From NCBI GenBank assembly GCA_051859245.1, contig JBHYGA010000001.1, positions 1,501,722 to 1,565,721 on the forward strand: a DNA stretch of 64,000 nucleotides, given 5' to 3'. The DNA comes from Gemmatimonadaceae bacterium (lineage in GTDB: Bacteria > Gemmatimonadota > Gemmatimonadetes > Gemmatimonadales > Gemmatimonadaceae). The notes below the pieces were generated by a model, which was not told where the DNA came from, did no database searches, and saw nothing but the letters and a program-made list of their open reading frames with translations. Shown here piece after piece: positions 39,040 through 48,800 of this stretch. The position numbers and the translations under genes are program-made. Each line of letters starts with the position of its first letter. Position 1 is the stretch's first letter.

Positions 39040-39914
39040 TGCGCGTCGGCGTCATTGGTCATCGTGGATACGCCGGCCTTCCCGGCGTGCTCGGGTCGCT
39101 GCTGGATCTGGCGCCTGTGCTTGGCGTGACGCTCGCGTTTGAAGAAGAACTCTACGAAATCGCCGAGCAGGGCGAAGCGCTCGAGGGACCGGAATCGTTG
39201 GACCTGTTGCTCACGCTTGGTGGTGATGGCACACTGCTTCGCGGTGCGCGGTATCTCGCGGGCCGTGACATCCCGATTCTCGGGGTGAATCTCGGACGTC
39301 TCGGATTTCTCACATCGTGCGGCGGCGATGAGTTTGACGATGCGTTGCGTCGTTGGGCGCGCGGTGAGTACATGGCCGAGCAACGCATGACGCTGGATGC
39401 AAAGGCATTTGGTTTAAACGGCGAACCGCGCGGACACTGGCGCTGCCTGAACGATGTGGTGTTGCACAAAGGCGGATTCGCGCGCGTAGTGCGGTTCGGT
39501 GTGCATGTGGACGGCGAACCTATTGGTGCACTCGGCGCAGACGGCGTGGTCATTTCCACGCCCACCGGCTCCACTGGCTATAGCCTGTCGGCGGGCGGTC
39601 CAGTTGTGGTGCCAACCGTTGAATCGATTATCGTGACACCGGTCTCGCCGCACACGCTGGCGATGCGTCCGCTCGTGTTGCCGCCCGACGTCGAAGTGAA
39701 GGTGCAAGCGGAAGATGGCCCGGAAGGACTTTTGGTGACGGTCGATGGACAAGTCGGTACTACCTTCACGGCTGGTGAAACGTTGATCATTCGCCGAGCC
39801 TCAACACCGGTCCGCATTGTCCGCTTCCCTGGCACCTCGTTCTTCGTCCGCCTCCGTCACAAGCTTGGCTGGGGTGGGCTCAGCGAGCGCGACGGCATTA
39901 TCGCGCCGGTCTGA
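39039..39914 (+). CDS. nadK: NAD kinase
   Basis: LGGDGTLL, NLGRLGFL, LND, DGVVISTPTGSTGYSLSAGGP. Confidence 0.96.
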   Translation: MRVGVIGHRGYAGLPGVLGSLLDLAPVLGVTLAFEEELYEIAEQGEALEGPESLDLLLTLGGDGTLLRGARYLAGRDIPILGVNLGRLGFLTSCGGDEFDDALRRWARGEYMAEQRMTLDAKAFGLNGEPRGHWRCLNDVVLHKGGFARVVRFGVHVDGEPIGALGADGVVISTPTGSTGYSLSAGGPVVVPTVESIIVTPVSPHTLAMRPLVLPPDVEVKVQAEDGPEGLLVTVDGQVGTTFTAGETLIIRRASTPVRIVRFPGTSFFVRLRHKLGWGGLSERDGIIAPV

Positions 39915-39927
39915 CGGTTCGGGCGGC

Positions 39928-41673
39928 GTGCTCCTCGAGCTTCGCCTGCGCAATGTGGCCGTAATTGAATCGGTCACGTTGCCACTCACTGCAGGGCTCA
40001 ATGTGCTCACTGGTGAGACGGGCGCGGGAAAGTCACTGATCGTTGGCGCATTGGGGCTGCTGCTCGGCGAGCGAGCCGCGCCTGATCGCATTCGTGCGGG
40101 TGCGGATCGCGCCGTTGTGGAGGCCACGTTCGATGCGGGCACGCGCCATGATTTGCGCGAGTGGCTCGACGCGCGCGGTGTCGAGTGTGAAGACGATGTG
40201 CTCATTCTCAAACGCGAGGTGTCAGCGGCCGGGCGCTCGCGCGCGTGGGTGAACGGCTCGCCGGTCACGATTGCGGTGCTGCGTGAACTTGGTGCGCAAC
40301 TCGTGGCGGTGCACGGCCAGCACGAAGCACAACAGCTGCTTGATCCGGCGGCGCAGCGCGCGTTGCTTGACGCGTACGCCGGCGCAGAAGACGATGCGGC
40401 AATGGTGGCGCAGGCGCACACGCGTGTGTTGCAGGCCAAGGCCGCGTTAAACGAGCTGGAGAGCAAGCGCGCCAACGCAGCACAGCGCGCCGACTACCTG
40501 CGCTTTCTCGTGCAGGAAATCGACGCGGCTAATCTTCGGGACGGCGACGATGAGCGTGTCGAAGTCGAGCATCGTCGGCTCGCCAACGCGGAGGAGCTGC
40601 GTGCGCTCGCGGCCGGCGCGTCGCAGCGACTGCAGGACGCAGAAGATTCCGTTACGGAACACCTCGGCGCGGTGCGTCGTCAGTTGGCCGCATTGCAGCG
40701 AATCGACCCGTCGCTTGATCGCCTCTCCGCTGTTTTTGATTCGGCCTTCTTTGCGGCGGAAGAGCTGGCGCGCGAGCTCGCGGAATACGCCGATGGTATC
40801 GACGCTGATCCGGCGCGTCTGCGTGAGCTCGATGCGCGACGAGCGGTGATTCATCAACTGTTACGCAAGTACGGACCGTCGCTGCAGGATGTCATGCAGG
40901 CCGCGGCTACCGCTCGTGAAGAGCTCGCACTGGTTGATGACGCGGAGTCTGCGCACAACACGCTGCAAGTGGCGCTCGAGCGCGCGCTTGCGGATCGGTC
41001 GCACGCCGCAGCGGCACTGTCGGCCAAACGCACAGCGGGTTCGTCGCAACTGGCCGCGGCGGTCACCGCGCTGCTCCCCGAACTCGGCATGACGAGTGGC
41101 ACGTTTGATGTGCGTTTGTCAGCACTGAGTGAGCCGGGCGCCAACGGCAACGAATCGGTGTTGTTTGTGGCGTCGTTGAACGCCGGACTTGTGGCGGGGC
41201 CGCTTGACCGTGTCGCGTCTGGTGGAGAGCTGGCGCGTGTCATGCTCGCGCTCAGCACGGTGTTAGCGCGCCTGCAACGCGTACCAACGTTGGTGTTCGA
41301 TGAAGTGGACGCCGGTGTGGGCGGTACCGTCGCGTGGCAGGTTGGTGCACTCATGCGTGGCGTGGCGGCACATCACCAGGTGCTGGCCATTTCGCATCTC
41401 GCGCAAATCGCCGCCTGCGCGCATCATCACGTGGTCGTGCGCAAAGACACCAATGCAGCGGGAGCGGAAGGCCTTACCACCGCTGACACACAGGTGGTGG
41501 TGGACGAAGCGCGTGTGCTCGAACTCGCGCGCATGCTCAGTGGCGATGCCGACCGCGAGGTCAGCCGCGCCCACGCGCGCGAGCTGCTCACGCGTGGGCA
41601 ATCCGTTACTAGCGTTTCGGAAACCCGCGGAAAATCCGCAACTCGAGGCGGTCGCGCGCGAGCGAAGGGATAG
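39928..41673 (+). CDS. recN: DNA repair protein RecN
   Basis: TGETGAGKS, HGQHE, ASGGELARV, FDEVDAG, SHLAQIA. Confidence 0.96.
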   Translation: MLLELRLRNVAVIESVTLPLTAGLNVLTGETGAGKSLIVGALGLLLGERAAPDRIRAGADRAVVEATFDAGTRHDLREWLDARGVECEDDVLILKREVSAAGRSRAWVNGSPVTIAVLRELGAQLVAVHGQHEAQQLLDPAAQRALLDAYAGAEDDAAMVAQAHTRVLQAKAALNELESKRANAAQRADYLRFLVQEIDAANLRDGDDERVEVEHRRLANAEELRALAAGASQRLQDAEDSVTEHLGAVRRQLAALQRIDPSLDRLSAVFDSAFFAAEELARELAEYADGIDADPARLRELDARRAVIHQLLRKYGPSLQDVMQAAATAREELALVDDAESAHNTLQVALERALADRSHAAAALSAKRTAGSSQLAAAVTALLPELGMTSGTFDVRLSALSEPGANGNESVLFVASLNAGLVAGPLDRVASGGELARVMLALSTVLARLQRVPTLVFDEVDAGVGGTVAWQVGALMRGVAAHHQVLAISHLAQIAACAHHHVVVRKDTNAAGAEGLTTADTQVVVDEARVLELARMLSGDADREVSRAHARELLTRGQSVTSVSETRGKSATRGGRARAKG

Positions 41674-43288
41674 GCGACTCACTCGCCGACAAGGCGACTT
41701 CGTGCGCGAACAATACTTCCAGCGCGAACTTGGACTGCCCGCGCGCGAAGGCGGCCAGGGTGGAATACGTAAATCCGATCGCGCCGAACTGCGCCGAGCC
41801 CGAACCCGTCTCAAACGCGTCGCCATCAACCGGCTCGTAGCGATCCGCACCGAACGAGCGATACAGCCACGTCGCCGACACACCAAATTTGTCGCTCAGA
41901 TTCAGACGCGGCGCCACCTCAAGATCGACGCGCTGTCCCAGTGTGCGTGACACCGCCTGCGGTGTGCTCAGAAAGAAAAACTCTGGTAAACCTGCGCCCG
42001 GCACTCGCACCACCGCATTGTCCGCCAGCGGCGTGGTGCTACGAACGGTGGCTGAGACCCACGCACGATTTCTCCACACCAGATCGGTCGTGGCGCGCAG
42101 CAGCAACGCATTTACACCATCACCGGTGGCCAGTGCGAAGGCTTCGTTCGCTTGCGCGCTGCTGGCCGTACCAAAGCGCCAGCCGGCCGAGCCCAGTACA
42201 CGGATGCCCGAGCGTCGTGTTGAAAGGCGCGCCGCCTGATCGCCTTTCCACGTGTCGTACAGCAACACGCGTGCTTCAACGTCAACGTCGCCCATGCCGG
42301 CGCGGAAGGCGGCGGCCAACGTGTCCGCTTCCACGCCGAATGCCGGGTCCTGCGCGATCCGCTGCAATCCGTTGGTGCCGTACACGAGCACGGCACCGCT
42401 CGGGCCGATCGGCGGCAGCGTGGTCGTGCTCAGGAACCGTGTGAATCCTTCGCGAATGTCATCGAGTGATTCAGCCACTGCATTGTGCACCGCGCCGCCC
42501 TGCACAGGCACGAGCGGCGAACCAACGTCCTGATCATTGCCGTAGACAGCGCCCCACGCCGCACGAAATGATGCGACCCGTGCGGCGAGCGCCTGCGCAG
42601 CGGCGGGATCGGCGCGAATAGCGTCACACTCTGCGCCCGCCGTGGAGGCGGCGCAGCTCGAAATCAGGTCGAGCAGTCGCGTGCGTTCGTTGCCGAGTTG
42701 TACAAAGATGCTGCTGTTGGCCGTGTACACAGACGGGGACAGAATGCCGGGATTCTGACCGACGTTCGCGCCTGTGCCATTCCGGTTCAGCACCAGATTC
42801 GCGTTGTGCGTGACTTCCACATACGGGACGCGCACACCAACGCTGATACGCCGCGTAACGCCGAAGTCGGCCTGCAGCGTGGTCGTAGTGCGACGCACGG
42901 CGCCACTGGCTTCGAGTGCTCCCAGTGACAGATCGAAGGTGGGCAGTCCGGACAGCGCGCGAATGCCGTTCTGCGCGGGGGCCAGCGACGGCAACTGATT
43001 CACACCGAGGGACGAGGTCGCGAGCCCGTCCAGCAGCGGCGACCTCGTGCCGTCCGGGAAGAGGCGGCGATCCCACTGATCCCAGGAAACGCCAACGTTG
43101 ACGCGCAAGCCGCGGGCTGGAATCGGGATCGCGTCTTCACCAAGGCCGGCCACGGGCTGCGCCGAAAGACGGGGAACCGCCGTCAGCGCGATCACACCAG
43201 CCAGCAACACAGCGGGAATCACCGCACGCGATCGGGCAGCGGCGCGAGTTTCAGGGCGACGAGTCAGAAGAAGTCGGGTTGAGCGCAC
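41609..43288 (-). CDS. Hypothetical secreted/outer-membrane beta-barrel-like protein
   Basis: Signal peptide, alternating beta-strand patterns (ISVGVRVPYV, GMGDVDVEARV, FGVSATWLY), and a helical insert with two Cys. Confidence 0.6.
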   Translation of the reverse strand: MRSTRLLLTRRPETRAAARSRAVIPAVLLAGVIALTAVPRLSAQPVAGLGEDAIPIPARGLRVNVGVSWDQWDRRLFPDGTRSPLLDGLATSSLGVNQLPSLAPAQNGIRALSGLPTFDLSLGALEASGAVRRTTTTLQADFGVTRRISVGVRVPYVEVTHNANLVLNRNGTGANVGQNPGILSPSVYTANSSIFVQLGNERTRLLDLISSCAASTAGAECDAIRADPAAAQALAARVASFRAAWGAVYGNDQDVGSPLVPVQGGAVHNAVAESLDDIREGFTRFLSTTTLPPIGPSGAVLVYGTNGLQRIAQDPAFGVEADTLAAAFRAGMGDVDVEARVLLYDTWKGDQAARLSTRRSGIRVLGSAGWRFGTASSAQANEAFALATGDGVNALLLRATTDLVWRNRAWVSATVRSTTPLADNAVVRVPGAGLPEFFFLSTPQAVSRTLGQRVDLEVAPRLNLSDKFGVSATWLYRSFGADRYEPVDGDAFETGSGSAQFGAIGFTYSTLAAFARGQSKFALEVLFAHEVALSASESPIPSLARDRLELRIFRGFPKR

Positions 43289-43342
43289 AGGAGGCAGAAC
43301 GAGCCGTGCGCCAGGTGTCCGGCATCACGGGGGCAACCGGCT

Positions 43343-43371
43343 AGATTAGCCCGATCGTCCAAGCCCGTCAA
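43343..43371 (-). promoter_or_regulatory. Sigma70-type promoter for the 41609-43288 gene
   Basis: On the minus strand: TTGACG, 17 bp spacer, TAATCT. Confidence 0.6.
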
Positions 43372-43385
43372 CGCGACGGGTACGC

Positions 43386-45215
43386 GTGCTGATAGCGTCC
43401 TGCCTCCCCAAGGGTTCCGTGTCCGAGTCTCCTCGCTCCATTCCGTCCGTGCCGTGGCAGACCACGGGCAACCATTGGCTGTCGCTCCCGTGCATTCACC
43501 CGGCCAATGGTGCGATCTACGCCCTTGGCGTGTTGCACCGCGGTGCACGCGCTGCTGTGGAGTTCGCCGGTAGCCGAGGTTTTGTGGAAGGTGAAGGCGA
43601 GCCGCTGCTCAAACCCGTGATACGTGTTGACGGTGAGGTGAGAGAACTGGCCAGCGAGGGCATCGCCTGGGAACGCGCCGTTGGCTGGCTTCCGACCTTC
43701 ACCTGTACGCTTGGCTCGCTGTTGCTGCGCGGCACCGTGTTTGCGCCGTACGGTCGCGATGCCGACATGGCGGGCGCCGTGTACGCGATCACGATCGAGA
43801 ATCGTGGTTCGAATACGCACCGCGTGGAGCTCGCACTCGAAGGGGTGCTCGGTCACCGACAGCAGCGCGTGCGCACACCGCGCGACTTTGACGACGCACA
43901 TCGTGTAGTCCTCGGGCACAACGATACGATCATCCTCGAAGGCGCGGCCGTACCGGGCATGGTGGCGGTTGCGATTGGTGCCGACGGTGAAGCGGTGCGC
44001 GAGATTGGCGACGAGGTGAATGGTCGTATTGCATTTGCGGTGCGTCGCACGCTCACCGTGGAAGCGGGACAGTCCGTGCCGTGCGCGTTTTATCTTGCCG
44101 TCGGTCCGGAGCGTGATGGTGCGTGCGCAACGGTCGGTGTGCTGCGACGCCGTGGCTGGCGCACGTTGCTCGGTGCGACACGCGAAGCCTTGCAGCAGTT
44201 GGAGCAGACCACGGGCCAGGACGCCATTGACCGGCTTGTGAATCGCAACCTGCTGTTCAGCTATTTCTACGGCGTCGGGCGCGGACTCGACGACGCGCAC
44301 TATTACCTCGTGCGCACGCGAGCACCATGGCACAGTCTCGGCGCTACGGTACGTGACTGGGAAGCGCTGATGTGGACGTTGAGCGCTGTCCAACTGGCCG
44401 ATCACGCGCTTGCACGCGAGCTGCTGGTGCGCACCTGTGAACTGCATGGGTACGCGCCGGGGCAGGGTGTGCACTATCTCGATGGCACGCTGTTCGAGCC
44501 TGGGTTTGCGATTGAAGGCGCGGCGGCGTATCCCATTGCAGTTGACCGCTACATTCGGGCGTCCGACGATGATCAAATTGTCGAAGAGCCGGTAGTTGCT
44601 GACACGCTGTATGTCGCGAACGATGATCTGGTTGCACGTCGCGATGAGCGCCTGCCGCTGTACTCCACTGAAGTGAGTCCCAGTGGACAACCCGTGCGGT
44701 TTCCGTTCACGCTGCACGGCAACGCCGTGGTTGCCGCCGCGCTTGATGTGCTGCGGCGCACACTCGATGAAGAGGCCGCGCGCGACGTAGAAGACCCCGC
44801 GGCTGTGCGTGCGGCCATGCAGCGCCACTTCGCGCAGGATCGTGGTGGAAAAGCGCATCTCGCGGCGGCGATCGATCTCGCCGGTGGTGCGGACCAGGTG
44901 GATGATCCGGCTGCGTCCGTGCTGTGGTTGCCGCTGTATGACGCACTTGATCGAGATGACTCGTTGTTCCGCCGGTCGGTGCGCGCGGTTGCGCCGGATG
45001 ATGGCGGGCTCTTGCGTCAGATCGCGCGCTTGCTCGGCCCCGATGGAAACGCGGTGCTCCAATGGCTGCGTCGTGCACCGCTCGATCAGGGGATCGCCGC
45101 GTCGGTGGTGGATAGTGATGGACGCGGCGTGGCCGATGGCGGAGATGCGGCGCTGGCCGGCTTGCTCGCGTCAACGGTGTGGTACGCGTCGCACGCACTC
45201 GGCTTGCACGAATAA
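43386..45215 (+). CDS. Six-hairpin glycosidase-like protein (GH125-like, possibly catalytically degenerate)
   Basis: HYLDGTLFEPGF, DDPAASVLWLP and APLDQGIA segments resemble GH125-related (alpha/alpha)6 proteins; start may be GTG 43419. Confidence 0.55.
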   Translation: MLIASCLPKGSVSESPRSIPSVPWQTTGNHWLSLPCIHPANGAIYALGVLHRGARAAVEFAGSRGFVEGEGEPLLKPVIRVDGEVRELASEGIAWERAVGWLPTFTCTLGSLLLRGTVFAPYGRDADMAGAVYAITIENRGSNTHRVELALEGVLGHRQQRVRTPRDFDDAHRVVLGHNDTIILEGAAVPGMVAVAIGADGEAVREIGDEVNGRIAFAVRRTLTVEAGQSVPCAFYLAVGPERDGACATVGVLRRRGWRTLLGATREALQQLEQTTGQDAIDRLVNRNLLFSYFYGVGRGLDDAHYYLVRTRAPWHSLGATVRDWEALMWTLSAVQLADHALARELLVRTCELHGYAPGQGVHYLDGTLFEPGFAIEGAAAYPIAVDRYIRASDDDQIVEEPVVADTLYVANDDLVARRDERLPLYSTEVSPSGQPVRFPFTLHGNAVVAAALDVLRRTLDEEAARDVEDPAAVRAAMQRHFAQDRGGKAHLAAAIDLAGGADQVDDPAASVLWLPLYDALDRDDSLFRRSVRAVAPDDGGLLRQIARLLGPDGNAVLQWLRRAPLDQGIAASVVDSDGRGVADGGDAALAGLLASTVWYASHALGLHE

Positions 45216-45285
45216 TCACAATCACCTGACAGAAGCGCGGTCGGCGCTTGTAACCGAGCGCTGGCCGGGTTTAAGTTGGGAGCAC

Positions 45286-45358
45286 GCGGGAATAGCTCAG
45301 TTGGTAGAGCACAACCTTGCCAAGGTTGGGGTCGCGGGTTCGAGTCCCGTTTCCCGCT
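45286..45358 (+). tRNA. tRNA-Gly(GCC)
   Basis: Acceptor stem GCGGGAA/TTCCCGC; anticodon stem CAACC-TT GCC AA-GGTTG; GGTTCGAG T-loop; CCA not encoded. Confidence 0.97.
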
Positions 45359-45381
45359 CTGTATGTTGTTTGTAGTTTCGG

Positions 45382-45418
45382 GAAGGGGAGCGGTGCATCA
45401 CCGCTCCTTTCGCGTTTT
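45382..45418 (+). terminator. Strong hairpin between the tRNA genes (terminator or processing signal)
   Basis: GGAGCGGTG-CAT-CACCGCTCC stem extended by G-U pairs, followed by CGCGTTTT. Confidence 0.5.
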
Positions 45419-45423
45419 CGGTG

Positions 45424-45507
45424 GCCCGGATGGCGAAACCGGTAGACGCGGGGGCCTTAAAAGCCCCTGTCCGCAAGGACATGCGGGTTCGAGTCCCGCT
45501 TCGGGCA
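45424..45507 (+). tRNA. tRNA-Leu(TAA)
   Basis: Acceptor stem GCCCGGA/TTCGGGC; anticodon stem GGGGC-CT TAA AA-GCCCC; long variable arm GTCC-GCAA-GGAC; CCA not encoded. Confidence 0.96.
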
Positions 45508-45531
45508 CTCATCACCACGTAGGAGACCGGC

Positions 45532-45753
45532 TTGCGTACCGTTCGTGACTCTCAGGGCATCAACTGGATTTGTCTCGAGCTGCCGGAGGTCCCCGCCGAT
45601 TTTGTGGCGGCCGCGACCACGATTCAACCCCCGCCCGTTGCCGTCGAATGCAACTCCGGCGCCGATCGAGCCATTGTGTTGCTGGCAGAGGATTGGGCGG
45701 ACGCGTTATCCGATGACGGACTTGTTGAACATATCGCACGCGCATTGCGCTGA
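45532..45753 (+). CDS. Small hypothetical protein (73 aa)
   Basis: TTG start preceded by AGGAGA; protein-like composition; fills the tRNA-pcs gap. Confidence 0.6.
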   Translation: MRTVRDSQGINWICLELPEVPADFVAAATTIQPPPVAVECNSGADRAIVLLAEDWADALSDDGLVEHIARALR

Positions 45754-45844
45754 TCCAGCGTTGTTACGGCATTGATCTTGCGCTGCTCCTCACTGAGCCA
45801 CAACGTGGCTCAGGTGCGCGTTCACGTCATGGCAAGGGGATGGG

Positions 45845-48800
45845 GTGGCTGCTTCTGGGGAGACGATTGGGCTCGCGGCGGTAACTCCGCCTGAGCCTCT
45901 GCGCAACGCGTTGCGCACACGGGAAGACTGGGAGGCCGCACGTGCGGCGTGCGAGGCCGATCCCGGTCGCTATCATGGCGACATTGCAGCACACACGCTG
46001 CATTGGTTCGACGCCTCCCTGGGCGAACATGGTGCGTGGATCACACACGATGAACACACCGGCGTGTGGTCTGGCTGGGACGCTCACACCTTGCAGCCTG
46101 TCGCTCCGTCGCGAGACGCGGCGTGGCGACCGTGGACGCGCGCGTTGAACGACGATGACGCGCCGTGGTACCGCTGGTTCGAAGGCGCGCTCACGAACGC
46201 GGGCTTCAACGAGGTTGATCGCCACGTACTCGCCGGCCATGGTGAAGAGCCTGCCTTTCTCGTCGAAGGCGATCGCTGGGATCAGTCACGCGACAACGGA
46301 CGCGGCGCACCTGTGGTGTCGTATCCCATCTCGCGCAAGGGACTGCTCGTCGATGTCGCGAAAGCAGCGCTCGCGTTGCGCGCACTTGGTTTGAAGACGG
46401 GCGATCGCATCGCGCTCAACCTGCCCAACATTCCGCAGCAGATTGCGTGGACTGAAGCAGCAAAGCGACTCGGCATTCTGTATACGCCCGTCTTCGGTGG
46501 CTTCTCGGACAAAACGCTCGCCGACCGCATTCATGACGCGGGCGCGCGCGTTGTGATTACCGCCGATGGCGGATGGCGCAACGCGCAGATCATTCCATTC
46601 AAGGCGGCCTACACCGATCCCGCGCTCGATCAGTACATCGCGGCGGATCGTGCCGTGCACGTCGTGCGTGACGCGCTCGGCGCGCTCTCACTTGACGCCG
46701 CGCAGGTTGAACTGATTGCGCGCAGTGCGGCCGAGGCCGTGGCTGGCGAAATTACCGTGGAACGGCGTGATGCAATGCGCGGTGTGGGTCGCGCGTTGCT
46801 CTCGCTCACGGAGTCTGGCGCGCTCAACGCGTCTGATGCGAGCCGAGTGCGCACGGCGGTCGCGCGGGCACTGGTCGACGCCGGTTCGGCGGTTGAGCGC
46901 GTCGTGGTGGTGAAGTACACCGCGCAAGCCGATGTGCCGTGGCGTGCGGGGCGTGATGTGTGGGAAGACGAACTGCTCGCGCCCGCCAGCGCCGCGTTGC
47001 TTGAGGCGGCGCGCGCGCTCGGACATCGCGTGTCCACCGAAGCGGAACTGCGTGAACTGTCCGACACCGATCTGGTTCGTGTGGTGTGGTCGGTGGTGCC
47101 TCCGGTTCCGGTGGACAGCGAGTTCCCGCTGTTCTTCATCTACACGTCAGGCTCTACTGGCAAGCCCAAGGGTGTCGTGCACGTGCACGGTGGATGGACC
47201 GCCGGTATTGCACACACCATGCGCATCGCGTTTGATGCACAGCCCGGCGATGTGATGTATGTGGTGGCAGATCCGGGATGGATTACCGGACAGAGCTACA
47301 TGATTTCGGCCGCACTGACCACGCGCACCACGAGCGTGCTCGCGGAAGGCGCGCCGGTGTTTCCGTCGGCCGGCCGGTTTGCATCGATCATTGAACGGTA
47401 CAACGTGCGCATCTTCAAGGCGGGTGTCACGTTCCTCAAGAGCGTGATGCAGGATCCGCAAAACGCCGAAGATGTGCAGCGCTATGATGTCTCGTCATTG
47501 CGTGTCGCCACGTTCTGCGCCGAACCCACATCGCCAACGGTGCAAGAGTTTGGCATGTCGCTGCTCACGCCCTGGTACATCAACTCGTACTGGGCCACGG
47601 AACATGGCGGCATTGTGTGGACGCACTTTTTTGGCAACGGCGATTTTCCGCTGCGTGCCGACGCACACACGTATCCGCTGCCGTGGGTGATGGGTGATGT
47701 GTGGCTGGCCGACGGCGTGCCAGATGCAGATGGTCGCTTCGCGCCGCGTGTGGCTGATGAAGGCGAGAAGGGCGAAGTCGTGATCACGGCGCCGTACCCG
47801 TATCTCGCGCGCACCATCTGGGGCGACGTTGGGTCGTTCACGGTGGACGGCCACTCGGTATCTTCCAGTTGGCGCGGTGACATTGATCGGTATCGCGCCA
47901 CATACTGGAGCCGGTGGCAGGGCCGCTGGGCGTACACACAAGGTGATTTCGCGGTGCGCTATCCCGACGGCGGGTTCTCACTGCACGGACGAAGTGATGA
48001 CGTGATTAATGTGTCCGGTCATCGCATGGGCACAGAGGAGATTGAAGGCGCCATTCTGCGCGACAAACAACTCAACGCCGATTCGCCAATCGGCAATGTG
48101 ATTGTTGTTGGCGCGCCGCATCGCGAGAAAGGCCTTACACCGCTCGCGTTCGTCACGATCGCCCCGGGGCGTCGACTCACGGCGGATGATCGTCGCCGCC
48201 TCATCGAACTTGTGCGTCAGGAAAAGGGCGCTGTAGCGGTGCCCGAAGATTTCCTTGAAGTGTCCGCGTTCCCGGAAACGCGCAGCGGCAAGTATGTGCG
48301 CCGACTGCTTCGCGCGCTCGTGGAGGATCAGCCACAGGGTGACCTGAGCACGCTGCGCAATCCGGAGTGTGTGCCCGCGCTGCAACGCGTGATTGGTGAA
48401 TGGAAAGCGCGTCAGCGTGTTCGCGAGTCGCAGCGCATTCTTGAACACGGTCGCTACTTCCGTGTGCAGTACCACACGGTGGCGCAGGTACATGGCGAGT
48501 CCGTTCGTATGGCGCTTGTGACGGTCACGAATGCACCTGTGAACGCGCTGAACGAACGCGCGCTGGATGAGCTGGTCACTGTGGTTGAACATTTGTCGCG
48601 TCGCAAAGACGTGGCCGCCGTTGTTTTCACCGGCGAAGGCACATCGTCTTTTGTGGCTGGCGCTGACATTCGTCAGCTGCTCGAAGATGTGCACACCGTT
48701 GAGGAAGCGGTCACGCTGCCAAACGTGGCCCATCTCGCGTTCCGCACGATTGAGCGCATGAACAAGCCGTGCATTGCCGCGATCAATGGTGTGGCGCTCG

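Noticed and set aside
43368..45062. 564-aa minus-strand ORF
   Set aside because: Antisense shadow of the GH125-like gene; no motifs; typical of high-GC DNA.
45424..45507. bldA-like TTA-codon regulation
   Set aside because: TTA codons occur in housekeeping genes here (e.g. hemW, hrcA, dnaJ, rplT), so they are not confined to conditional genes.
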